A stretch of DNA of 64,000 nucleotides from Antedon mediterranea (taxonomy: Eukaryota; Animalia; Echinodermata), in assembly GCF_964355755.1 (NCBI RefSeq), contig NC_092671.1:36156304-36220303 (forward strand), in the 5' to 3' direction. A model generated the notes under the pieces. It made no database searches, had not been told where the DNA came from, and saw nothing but the letters and a program-made list of their open reading frames with translations. The position numbers and the translations under genes are program-made. Of the stretch, positions 55,201-63,945 are shown in pieces (the first letter of the stretch is position 1; each line of letters begins with the position of its first letter).

Positions 55201-55554
55201 TCTGAAATGGAAAAAGCAAATAGTCTGCGGATTAACTCGATGACAAGGCTTGATCCAACCTTAGAATCAACCAAGAAAGAATCGCCAAAGAAAAAACGAG
55301 CACCGAAACCTCCTACTGGTCACATGTCATGTTTTGAACCTTGTCAACTGAACTTAAAGAAGGGAATAAGAAAAACTGATCAACGAGCAAGTGTACCCGC
55401 GCGTCATTTACATATAGAACGCGCGCCAAAGTACGAGAACGCTGACTTTAAAACTTACGAAAACGCCATTTTAGATAATAATGTACCACGTGGGCATGTA
55501 CGAAGTACGGCTTTCCTTATAGAGAAAACAAATACTGTCATACATAAAATATGA
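28763..55554 (+). CDS. CLCA: CLCA-family calcium-activated chloride channel regulator (zinc metalloprotease, type I membrane form); 16 coding exons, 1054 aa (gene span)
   Basis: Manually spliced: join(28763..28986,32343..32598,37850..37976,39782..39921,40116..40226,41661..41831,44631..44805,45100..45227,45552..45714,46061..46302,47121..47298,49710..49882,51634..51829,53794..53916,54583..54741,54956..55554) = 3165 nt, all GT-AG, phases consistent, no internal stop. CLCA motifs: [84 protein letters not shown]. Confidence 0.95.
30365..30703. mobile_element. Kolobok-like non-autonomous element (TTAA flanks)
   Basis: TTAAAG...CTTTAA ends; homologous to 56217-56520 and to a partial copy at 39975-40082. 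Confidence 0.55.
31292..31432. mobile_element. Family A MITE, right end lost (CLCA intron 1)
   Basis: Left TIR plus body. Confidence 0.8.
32343..32598 (+). CDS. CLCA: CLCA exon 2
   Basis: tttatag| [17 protein letters not shown]...[24 protein letters not shown]...FDKA |gtgagt. Confidence 0.95.
32639..32896. mobile_element. MITE with 3-bp TSD (Harbinger-like), intron 2
   Basis: GGCCTTGTTTTCGCAGCCA ... TGGCTCCGGAAACACGGCC; TSD TCT/TCT. Confidence 0.6.
34540..34636. mobile_element. Family A MITE fragment (intron 2), followed by an L2-like tail
   Basis: Left TIR plus partial body, then AAGCGCCTTGAGCAC...GTGCGCTCTATAAAT (34638-34678). Confidence 0.65.
35391..35531. mobile_element. Family A MITE (intron 2)
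   Basis: Both TIRs and body. Confidence 0.8.
35933..36113. mobile_element. hAT-type MITE
   Basis: TIR CAGTGGCGTAAC/GTTATGCCACTG; 8-bp flanks ATACTGAC/ATACTTAT (6/8 identical); GGGGCCC subterminal motifs. Confidence 0.75.
36357..36856. repeat. [13 protein letters not shown], 25-bp unit x ~18
   Basis: Unit GTGAACGACTCGGGTATTGTGTCTA with small indel variants. Confidence 0.95.
37009..37154. mobile_element. Family A MITE (intron 2)
   Basis: Body plus right TIR, left TIR partly deleted. Confidence 0.8.
37170..37408 (-). mobile_element. tRNA(Gly-TCC-like)-derived SINE with poly(A) tail
   Basis: Minus strand reads GGAGCTGTAGCTTGGTGGTTAACGTGCTTGCCTTCCAATCCCAAGGTCCCGGGTTCAATCCTG, then a non-tRNA body and A~30. 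Confidence 0.7.
37850..37976 (+). CDS. CLCA: CLCA exon 3 (HExxH zinc-binding motif)
   Basis: ttccag| [25 protein letters not shown]...VRCVLDVT G|gtaaga. Confidence 0.96.
38157..38349. mobile_element. Fully palindromic GC-rich MITE (Harbinger-like)
   Basis: AGGGTCTTTCACATCTGTTCCGGCAC...GTGCCGGAACAGGTGTGAAAGACCCT; hairpin over the whole length; empty site with TAA visible in the paralogous segment near 39455-39470. Confidence 0.8.
38423..38558. mobile_element. Family A MITE (intron 3)
   Basis: Body and TIRs; part of a local duplication with 39582-39736. Confidence 0.8.
39193..39330. mobile_element. Family A MITE (intron 3), symmetric-ended variant
   Basis: Both ends carry the CAAACTAGTTTG subterminal form. 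Confidence 0.8.
39582..39736. mobile_element. Family A MITE (intron 3)
   Basis: Ends 45 bp upstream of the exon 4 acceptor. Confidence 0.8.
39782..39921 (+). CDS. CLCA: CLCA exon 4 (Cys-rich region)
   Basis: ttag| [47 protein letters not shown] |gtatat; not in the ORF track. Confidence 0.9.
40116..40226 (+). CDS. CLCA: CLCA exon 5
   Basis: tatag| [37 protein letters not shown] |gtaagc; matches CLCA FC...HN..APN.QN..C...S.W motif. Confidence 0.93.
40305..40552 (-). mobile_element. L2-clade LINE 3' fragment (CLCA intron 5)
   Basis: Minus frame ...[27 protein letters not shown] (typical ORF2 end) plus tail GTACAGCACTTTGG...AAAAGCGCTTTATAAAT. Confidence 0.75.
41661..41831 (+). CDS. CLCA: CLCA exon 6 (start of vWA, MIDAS DxSxS)
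   Basis: tttaag| [11 protein letters not shown]...[33 protein letters not shown] |gtgaga. Confidence 0.95.
44631..44805 (+). CDS. CLCA: CLCA exon 7 (vWA)
   Basis: ctgtag| [25 protein letters not shown]...[14 protein letters not shown]|gtatgg. Confidence 0.94.
45100..45227 (+). CDS. CLCA: CLCA exon 8 (vWA)
   Basis: cgtag| GILRAFDVL...[22 protein letters not shown] |gtacgt. Confidence 0.92.
45552..45714 (+). CDS. CLCA: CLCA exon 9 (vWA end)
   Basis: tatag| [34 protein letters not shown]...[14 protein letters not shown]|gtaatt. Confidence 0.92.
45857..45989. mobile_element. Palindromic MITE (intron 9)
   Basis: GCTGTCACTAGATACATCTCAACTGACT...AGTCAGTTAAGATGTATCGAGTAACAGC inverted arms of ~50 bp. 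Confidence 0.65.
46061..46302 (+). CDS. CLCA: CLCA exon 10
   Basis: ttacag| [16 protein letters not shown]...[15 protein letters not shown]...RVKVQSPVQ |gtgcgt. Confidence 0.9.
47121..47298 (+). CDS. CLCA: CLCA exon 11
   Basis: atacag| [25 protein letters not shown]...[10 protein letters not shown]...[14 protein letters not shown]|gtatag. Confidence 0.92.
48486..48760. repeat. ~150-bp tandem duplication (intron 11)
   Basis: AGTCATTCGACTCAAA...AAGCTATGGAAAGCCAAAGGTGACTAATTGTAACCG...TAACATAACA twice. Confidence 0.85.
49710..49882 (+). CDS. CLCA: CLCA exon 12
   Basis: tttaag| [14 protein letters not shown]...[33 protein letters not shown] |gtagat. Confidence 0.95.
50058..50280. mobile_element. 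Family A MITE with internal insertion (intron 12)
   Basis: Both TIR ends with ~85 bp of extra sequence. Confidence 0.7.
50528..50679. mobile_element. Family A MITE (intron 12)
   Basis: Near full-length copy. Confidence 0.85.
50789..50902. mobile_element. Family A MITE, truncated (intron 12)
   Basis: Left TIR plus body. Confidence 0.75.
51634..51829 (+). CDS. CLCA: CLCA exon 13
   Basis: tttag| VRVTNKKSV...[20 protein letters not shown]|gtatgt; F.R...GGSF motif. Confidence 0.92.
52121..52348. repeat. ~120-bp tandem duplication (intron 13)
   Basis: ATGCAAGCCGCAACTACATG...TTACGGCTTTAGTACGCGCGCGTCTACATC twice. Confidence 0.85.
53195..53799. repeat. ~140-bp tandem repeat x ~4 that includes the exon 14 acceptor
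   Basis: Unit ends ...ATGTTATTTTTTTCAGCTGATC; AG copies at 53372-73, 53511-12, 53651-52 and the true one at 53792-93. Confidence 0.9.
53794..53916 (+). CDS. CLCA: CLCA exon 14 (FN3-like region start)
   Basis: tttcag| [42 protein letters not shown]|gttagt. Confidence 0.94.
54132..54266. mobile_element. Family A MITE (intron 14)
   Basis: Both TIRs and body. Confidence 0.8.
54583..54741 (+). CDS. CLCA: CLCA exon 15
   Basis: ttacag| [15 protein letters not shown]...[20 protein letters not shown]|gtaagt. Confidence 0.92.
54956..55554 (+). CDS. CLCA: CLCA exon 16 (FN3 end, TM helix, cytoplasmic tail, stop)
   Basis: ctacag| [24 protein letters not shown]...[28 protein letters not shown]...VIHKI*; hydrophobic helix followed by basic stop-transfer residues. 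Confidence 0.9.
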
Positions 55555-56216
55555 AGTGAAATCAGTGAAGAGTCTGATGTTTATTTATGCCGCCTGTTTG
55601 CGCGTACCATACGCGCGCAGGTGTCGGGTAATGGTTATATGAAGAACTCGCCTGGTTACTTCTTGTTGAATGTAATGTATTTAGCAAAGAAAAACCTTTG
55701 ACGGTGATGAACTATAATATAATTTAGGCAAACAATGCATTGTAATATAGGCCTAATTTTATATAAAAACAATTGTTTCATATTTTTACAATTTAGATTA
55801 TTATAGGCGTGATCTAATTTGCGCATACATTTGAATCTGTAGAATATAAAGGTAATAATTATATTTCAGTTAGAAAGTTGAGTTTTATTTGAATACGCCT
55901 TCGATGCATTATAAATAATAATTATAAAATCTACTTCATATTGTTTAATATAAATATTGGTTTCTTTTCACTTGGCATTTATAGCATTTGTAAACAATAC
56001 ATTTTGTAGAATGGAAAAATACCATTAGAGTTGATGGGCATCATGTCATCACGTATTTTTGGCACGGTTTGCGTATTTTTGCAATGCATAGCCCCCTCAA
56101 GTTGACGTATTTTTGCAATGCATAGCGCCCTCAAGTTGACGTATTTTGGCATGATGCTCACCAACGCCACTCGAATATACGGTATTTACAAATTAGTAGT
56201 TGCTGTTTATTAATTC

Positions 56217-56520
56217 CTAAAAGATGCTGTCTCCCACGAACATGAAAAATTAATATTAATTAAATCAGGCTTTAAATACATTATTTTGTAGTTTTAATAA
56301 AATTAATCCCTTTCTGTAAAAAAAAAATTATGTTTTCGCATGTAAAATGTCAAAATAAATGGTCAAATTCAACCAAAAACCCATTTTCTCTAAATTACAG
56401 TTTTTCAGGTAAAGATTTTTTTTCGATTCAATTTTGTTTTTAAGTGGATAACTATTATGTGACATTAAAATGGCGTATTCAATAAAAAAAAAAAAATTTA
56501 GGGGGACTGTACATCTTTAA
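56217..56520. mobile_element. Kolobok-like non-autonomous element
   Basis: TAAAAGATGCTGTCTCCC...GGGGGACTGTACATCTTTAA; shares body with 30365-30703. Confidence 0.55.
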
Positions 56521-56941
56521 ATTAAACTATTTTTATTTTTTAACCATAAAGAGATAAATATTTATTTACTTATTTATATACCATGAGTAAACAATGATGT
56601 CATTTGTTGTACGAAACTTCATTCCATTTCATAATTGATATTCATTTATTTACAATATATTTATACAATATATTTATACTAATATGTTGGCTGTTTCTTC
56701 TCTAACCATCGAAAGTATTGCTTAATATTATTATGCGGTTAAACCAGAATAGAATTAGATCAACTCAACGAAATGATTACTTTATCAGTACAAGTCTGGC
56801 GCCCGTCAATACACCAGAGTTACTATTTATATATCTAGTTTAAAGAAAAAACCCACTAAATAGTTTCTATTTAAATACATAATTTAAACGTTATTTTTTA
56901 CAAATAAAAGGTTGTATTTATTATATTTAATTCCTTACTAA

Positions 56942-57091
56942 AGCTCAGTCTACACTACCAAATACGGTAGTGATATGCTCAAATACGGTAGTAATATGCC
57001 CAAACACGGTATTAATATGACATCATTATGTCCATATATGGGCACATCACATTTTTTTTGTCACATAAAGTTTGATAGTGTAGACAGAGCT
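56942..57091. mobile_element. Family A MITE
   Basis: TSD TAA/TAA. Confidence 0.85.
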
Positions 57092-58165
57092 TAAGGAAAA
57101 CCTATATTGGTTGATTGATATTGCAGTTCTTCGATTCTATAATCGTGACCTATGACCTTATAACAAGAACGACATTCAGGAGTTAGGGAAGGATGACAAG
57201 AAGATACAGAGGGTCTAATCTAATCTAAATGATCCTGGAAAATATAGTTGATTAAAGACTGGATATGTATTTTAATTTAGGCGTGACAATGCATGAAAAA
57301 ATGTTAACCCTTTTAAAAATAAAAACAATTCTGAGCAATGGTTAGCTCCGCTATTTAAGACTACTTCAGTACACTACTGTATTCAAGTGTGCGCCCGATC
57401 ATACACGTAACAAACGTTCATAAACATGTAAATATGGAACGCAAATTGCGTAAAAGGACGTTCCTCGGTGATGGTTACTATACATATTTCATAAATAAAC
57501 CGTATACTAACTGTTCTCCACGATTGAGTCAAGTCTAGTATCGGAATGTGATTATAAAACACCTTTTAGTAACATTGAAACGAACTCCACATTTTGTAAC
57601 ATATTATGTAAATTTTGTAAATAGTCTATCAATGTTTTGCTTGGTTTATATTATTATGACGATATTTAAATAAAAGCTGGTGATTGGCTAATGTATCTTT
57701 GTCGTATATACTTTTTTTTTTATTTTTGTGAATGTTAATCACTGAAAGATAATAATACTGCACTTTAAAATGTCTTTTGTACTAATTTTTTCCACACGTT
57801 TAGCCATAAACATGTTTAGGTTCTAAATACATTCTAAACATTGTAGTCTGTATCCAACTAAACACATCAGTGACGTGTTGATTGTTTAACATGTGGAGCA
57901 ATTTAAAGACACGTTCAGGTTTTAAATGTGTTTAATATGCCATTTGTCGAGCTTTTCCCGCCACAGTAAACCATATGCACGCAACGCTAAACACGTACAT
58001 AAACATGTTGACTGAATATAATAGTGACATATTGACTGCTAAACACGTTTAGGTTTTAAACACGCTAACATGTAACTCGTGTTTAAAAGCTAAACGTGAG
58101 GGAAAAGTGGGTACGTGTAGGCCCCTAGGTTTTAAACACGCTAACATGTAACTCGTGTTTAAAAG

Positions 58166-58505
58166 TGAGTGGTAGCGAGTGAGTGGCAGAGCGGTTAAGA
58201 CAGTGGAACAGTAATTACGTAGCCATAACATCGGCAAGGGTTTGAAGTTCACTCGCTCCATGGTTCTGGTGGTAGAACAAGTAGGATAAGGACTATAAAC
58301 CGTAGGTCTAGTGTAGATACCTGGATCATGTGCACTTTAAAGAACCTAGTACATCTTTCGAGACGAGTAGAGGGTTACCCCCCGGTGTACTAGTTCACAC
58401 ACAACAGCCACTGTCACATACTCATCATATTATACACTGGGCCCTCTGGGAGAACAGTCTTTGACTAAAGAGGCTACCCAGTATAAAGAATGAATAATAA
58501 TAATA
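58166..58505 (+). mobile_element. tRNA-derived Deu/Nin-domain SINE (second copy)
   Basis: Colinear with 18816-19128; (AAT)n tail; inserted at TTT/AAAAG in the second unit of a ~77-bp tandem duplication, AAAAG repeated on both sides. Confidence 0.8.
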
Positions 58506-59225
58506 AAAAGCTAAAGGTGTGGAAAAAGTGGGTACAAAATAGGTGTTTAAGATCTAAACACTGTGATGATAATTATTTCTGCTGATGTGAACGAATATTG
58601 ATTTGTCTGAATTACCTCTACCTGTTATATTAACCATAGCGAACGACGATAGATAAATATATATTTTTTCTTACAGAAAACAAAAGAATTAGAACAGTTT
58701 TCATCAAAAAACTATCAGATCTAGTCCAATGACGTCATCAATAAGAACGTATAAAATCGTTATCTCCCTAGGCTTTAATACTGCCAGGTCTACTCATTTC
58801 AATATATATAATTGGCATTTTCGTTTGGGGATTTTTGTTTAAATAACTCATTGAAGCCTATAATAACTTCGGTACTTACCCTGGCGTCTACTGATGAACT
58901 GTAATGATGCCTCTGAGTGTCGTGTCTTCCAGCAGATTTTTCTTTCTCCTGATGAAGCCAAGATATTTCTGCTGTTGACGCTTATCATTATCGGCTTCTC
59001 GTCTTTATTTCAACGTCAATATAGTTTTCTTACGATCTCACGACCTTTAATATATAAATATAATTATATAATTAACTCTGACGGAAAAATTGTGATTTGT
59101 TTTAACCTTGGCACTACTCTCTCTCTCTCTCTCTCTCAGTTTTACTTTATCGTTTTTTGAGATCCATCCAAAAACATTCAGTCTTTAGATTTATATAATT
59201 AACTATATAATTCATGAATTTAAAC

Positions 59226-59470
59226 AATATTTATTTCTTTATTTAACAACATCTTTATACAGAATTACACAATCAGGCAAAAGAAAACTTGTTTTGCATT
59301 GTGGTTCTGGCTTAAATACAAAAAAAAATCAGGAGAAAAAATGTTTAGCTTTGTGGAGAAAAAATGAGATTAATATCTAGCTTTGAATGAAGCAATTGTT
59401 GGGGAATATTTAGTTTCAGTTGGTAGGTTATTCCATATTTTAGCGCCTGCAATTTTGAGCGACGAGTTCA
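59226..59470 (-). mobile_element. CR1/L2-group LINE 3' fragment
   Basis: Minus frame SLKIAGAKIWNNLPTETKYSPTIASFKARY*, then 3'UTR ending in AATAAA repeats. Confidence 0.7.
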
Positions 59471-60131
59471 CCTCACTAATGGTATAGTATTTATTATAAT
59501 AATAAATAATTATTGTACGATCGTTGTGAATACAATACGAAAATCGTTTACGCCCTCAGCAGCATTTTGCTTCGCTACAAGCGGAGCATTTTGTCGACGT
59601 TTTTAAGTTGCTGCTGTGGCGAGGAACGATACGTACTGTACGTGTTATGTTCGTCTGTTACAAACCAACAATCTTGGAATATACCAGGAATGCTAGGTGC
59701 TCACTACACCTGACAGAAACACTGATTTTAATTAAGCAGTGGCTTAATTTCCACCGTATATGTGTTGGTGTGTACTCTGTTATGATATAACGCGTCAGAA
59801 TATTGGTTTAACGCGTCAGAATACTGCTTAAAGCGTCAATGTCATTACCTAAATTACCTATCTGGGACGATGATACAAGTACATTTTAGCGGAATTAAGC
59901 TGAATTTGAACGGATAAAAGAGTAAACGGATTCATGTGATTATTCGAATGTCCTTCAAATCTCTAAAAGTTGTCCAACACTTGGTAAATAATATGTGTTG
60001 AATTGTACACTGCAATGGTATTATATTCATTACAGGAAAATCGATTGAACCATTCAAACATAATGTCACGTCGCTTCGCCGACATACTGTAAATATTTTT
60101 ATTTGCAATTTGAAGTCTAGGAAGTCTATTC

Positions 60132-60167
60132 TATTTAAATACACTTACATTCAAAACGTGATCACTT
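60132..60167 (+). promoter_or_regulatory. Putative core promoter of the C11orf96-like gene
   Basis: TATTTAAA at 60132-60139 and Inr-like TCACTT 30 nt downstream; an AATAAA lies at 60838-60843 after the stop. Confidence 0.4.
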
Positions 60168-60186
60168 GTTAATATAATCAGTCAAA

Positions 60187-60561
60187 ATGGCGACTGCTGC
60201 AGCCGAGAATAAATCAGTTCAAATGACCAGTGGACTAATAGAATCACCGACCGATATTGTTTTTACGGAATCGCCATACGGAGAATCTCTTCGGAAATTC
60301 AATGTAACCACGGAATTCCCTAAACCGTTTAAGCGGCCGAATAAGCGACGCGGCCGTGATGGAAATCGGTACCGTACACAACCCGTAACATTTGCTGAAA
60401 TAAAAGAGGTTGATGAAGAGGTTACCAGTGCAGGAGAAAAACAAAAAAAGGATTCGTCGTGGTTAAGGGGAAGAACGATGGAGAAACTAAAGGAATCGGA
60501 CGTAGATGTTAGTAGCCAGCACTTTGTAAAGTCAGTATCGTTTGATAACGCACTTCATTAG
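60187..60561 (+). CDS. C11orf96: C11orf96/AG2-like (DUF4695-type) small protein, intronless, 124 aa
   Basis: aaaATGG start context; EFPKP...RRGR...RYRTQPVTFAEIKEVDEE closely resembles the recalled vertebrate C11orf96 core EFPQP...GRGR...RFKTQPVTFDEIQEVEEE; similar length and single coding exon. Confidence 0.8.
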   Translation: MATAAAENKSVQMTSGLIESPTDIVFTESPYGESLRKFNVTTEFPKPFKRPNKRRGRDGNRYRTQPVTFAEIKEVDEEVTSAGEKQKKDSSWLRGRTMEKLKESDVDVSSQHFVKSVSFDNALH

Positions 60562-62067
60562 AAGAAACTCAAAATTAATTGTTTACGATTACGTCATGAT
60601 TCGATAATGACGATGAATCATGACGTCTCGTTGATTTATATGTATCTAAACAATAACTGAACACTTGGTTTGTTTGGCGACGTGCGTACTTTTCATGTTG
60701 TCTTTCCGCGCGCGCCTGAAATTAGTCAGATGATTCAATACGCTAATAATGTTATCGTTATGACAGCGAAATCTAGGAGATAGGCCTAACTGTAGTGTAA
60801 AAACCAGGGTTTGCTATTATGCTAATTATCCTTAGATAATAAAGCTTTAGAAATGAAATAACAATCGATTTAATAGATGGATTATTGATACGATGAAGTC
60901 TTTGTTAGGCCTAGATTCAGTGCAATTTTACTTCTGTCGAAAACATAGTCCTAAACAGAGAGTTGTCAACTACATGGTCCAAAAGTAATACAGATGACAT
61001 TTGAACATATTGATGTTCAAGGAATCGAAACGGTACTGCGAGGTAAATGAACGGTACCATATCAATACCAGCTGAGTGTTCTGTAATTTATATTAGCTTG
61101 TAAATAGCAGAAGGAAAATGACATTATTTTGAAGATAAATAGTACAAAATGCACTTTATTTTCGGCGTATCAATATTGTCATTTTGTATTGGATAACAAG
61201 CAGAGAGAGTGATACATCAGGGGGATACATTATACAATTATTAATAAATCACTTATCCATAAGATACCAATCAACTGTCAAACAAACCAATAGACATCCA
61301 TCTTTGTCTACTACCACAGTAAAAATAACACAAGGGTAATTAATATTGAAAAAAGGGAAATACATCATATTGAAAATTCAACATTAAAACATGTGTGGTT
61401 ATGTTTTTTTTAAATTATCACCGATTCCCAGTTTTCTATCTCCGCATACTATCTGTCATATGAATATACGGTAATACAGCATCTCATTTATGTCACATGT
61501 GATGCCTGTATCATGTACAGTTATTTTAAGGGTTTTATTTTATTTATTTTATTTTATTCAGTTGACACCTAACAGCGATAAAACCGCTACTAATAGGTTG
61601 AATATATAGGTATAAACACATGTGATGTTGTATTACAAATATTCCCATGATACTTCGGAAATATATACAGTACTGAGAATCGGTTGAAATTATTCGTTGA
61701 ATCTTCTGGTAGCCTACATTCAATAATTTTATAACTATAATATATTAAAATAATTCATAATATTGAATCATTATCATAATATACGCGTCGCGAATCGACA
61801 AAATACAAAAGGGTGATATTTTTAATGCAAGTATAGATATGGACATATCGATGTGTACATATTGATTGAGACACGTTCAACACATCACAATAAGTACATA
61901 ATGTACATTCTCATTAACAACATTACAGCCAACATACCAGCACGACCAAAGCTATGTACGCATGCGCACATTGTGTTTGTTGGTATTGCATTTACTAATG
62001 GTGTAAGTAATGATAAACCAATATTAAACAAACGTCACAACATTATGGATTGTTATTAGGCTTAATA

Positions 62068-62262
62068 GTGACGATGACGTTGATTAGGACGATGACGTTA
62101 ATTATAACGATACCGTTGAGTATGATGATGACGTTGATTATGACGATGACGTTGATTATAACGATAGCGTTGATTATGACGATGACGTTGATTATGACGA
62201 TAGCGTTGATTATGACGATGACGTTGATTAGGTCGATGACGTTGATTATGACGATAAAGATG
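62068..62262. repeat. 18-bp [13 protein letters not shown] x ~10
   Basis: Unit GACGATGACGTTGATTAT. Confidence 0.9.
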
Positions 62263-62295
62263 ATAACGAATTATAAAAGATATACCATAGAGGAC

Positions 62296-62438
62296 CACTA
62301 TCAAACTTTATGTGACAAATAATGTGCCCATAATTGACATTATGACGTCATATCACTACCATATTTGGGTATACCACTACCATATTTGGGCACATCACAC
62401 TTGTTTTGTCAAACTAGTTTGACAGTGTAGACAGAGCT
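62296..62438. mobile_element. Family A MITE
   Basis: Left TIR truncated, remainder intact. Confidence 0.8.
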
Positions 62439-62737
62439 TAATTCCTCCATGGATAGACCAACGAAGACATATAGCAATATTACTGCACTGCCATAAAACA
62501 GTACAGCGAGAGATAGGTACAAATTGAGATTTAGTTAAAACAATCCATCAATCAACATCAAGGTGTACTAAAACTAATAGATTTGTCGTGCTAAAACTAA
62601 TTGAAAGTTAGTGGGCTGTAAAATACACTTGCTTAATCATTTACCGTATAGTGCATCAGTAAAATGGGTCAGTGGGTTATGAAATACATAAATCACTTAA
62701 ACAGTCATAGGATACCTTGCTTCAAATACATATCTAA

Positions 62738-62893
62738 CGCTCTGTCTAAACTATCAAAGTAGTTTGACAAAAAAATGCGATGTGCCCAAATATGTTAGTG
62801 ATATGCCCATACATGGTAGTGATATGACATCATAATGTCCATATATAGGCACATCACATTTTGTTGTCATATACAGTTTGATAAGACAAGGCT
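62738..62893. mobile_element. Family A MITE
   Basis: Full-length diverged copy; TSD TAA/TAA. Confidence 0.8.
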
Positions 62894-63587
62894 TAAGGAC
62901 CACATAATTAATATTCTCTGAATGTATGGTATCGAGAAAAACTCCTTCAATCACCATCAAGGTGAGGGTCCATAATGATCAGCTTTGGTTGCATGGACCA
63001 CCGTCATAAAATATTGTTGAAATAAATAAATAAATAAAAATAAAGCATTACTGAAAAGATCGGTACAATAGTGATTTGTAATGTTGACTAATAAAATACC
63101 AGAGGATTCGTTTATACAAAATTACCGAATGCTTATTCCTATTTACCTGCAAACAAACAATACAGGTGAAAACATTTCGAGCATAAAATCTGATCACGTA
63201 TTAACAATTACGTTAAATTCTTCACGGAGAGTATTATTAGCAAAGCGTTTTAAGCCACAGTTAACTTAGCATTAATGCGTCAAATTACCAGGGACTAATG
63301 CGTCTGCTTTCTCTGTTTTAATATACAATTGTCACGCTTCACTGGCTATCGATTATTAATATCCAATACTGTTGTGATGATAGTCACGATGGAAGCACTC
63401 AATTATCTGTGAATTAGGGATGGGTTCAAGTTACCTTGAAATAATTGTATTGAGACAATTTTACCGTTACAGAGCTATAGTGGTTGATGATAAATTCAGA
63501 GTATGGATGGGGTCTGTTCATACGACAAAGAACAAATGTTTTTAGGGGGTTTATTTGTCAACGTTCGTTTCTCAATTGTCCCATCAA

Positions 63588-63945
63588 AGCTTGGTTCCCA
63601 CTAAATATTGGTCCACACTAGCGACGCAACGTAACGCAACCTATACGCAACGTAACCTATACGCAACGTAAGAAAATGCCCTTCTAATTGTGTTTTCCCC
63701 CGTCTGCGTGAAATCAAACCTGCGATGTTTGCAACACTGTTGTTGCGTCGACGGTTTTCTCTGTGACTACGCAATACAGCACTTTGCGTTGATACGTCGC
63801 TGCGTTGTAATGGGGACAACGCTTTACATACGTAGGGGCAACGCAAGTAATATGACCTACAATCCCAGGCGACGGATTTTTCAAACCGTTGCTTGTCATA
63901 TCAACTCGCATGGATTGCACTTATGCCCCCAGTGGGAACCAAACT
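63588..63945. mobile_element. Family B-related MITE
   Basis: TIR AGCTTGGTTCCCACT ... AGTGGGAACCAAACT; interior homologous to 5161-5255. Confidence 0.75.

Noticed and set aside
54890-55274. Overlapping ORFs 54890-55243 (+) and 54945-55274 (-)
   Set aside because: Alternative frames of CLCA exon 16. Likewise 44450-44818, 46080-46283 and 51630-51848 are antisense shadows of real exons.
55540-55554. PDZ-binding motif at the CLCA C-terminus (-IHKI)
   Set aside because: His at position -2 does not fit the class I, II or III consensus.
62050-62322. Hydrophobic (MTLI)n and (HRHNQR)n ORFs
   Set aside because: Translations of an 18-bp [13 protein letters not shown].
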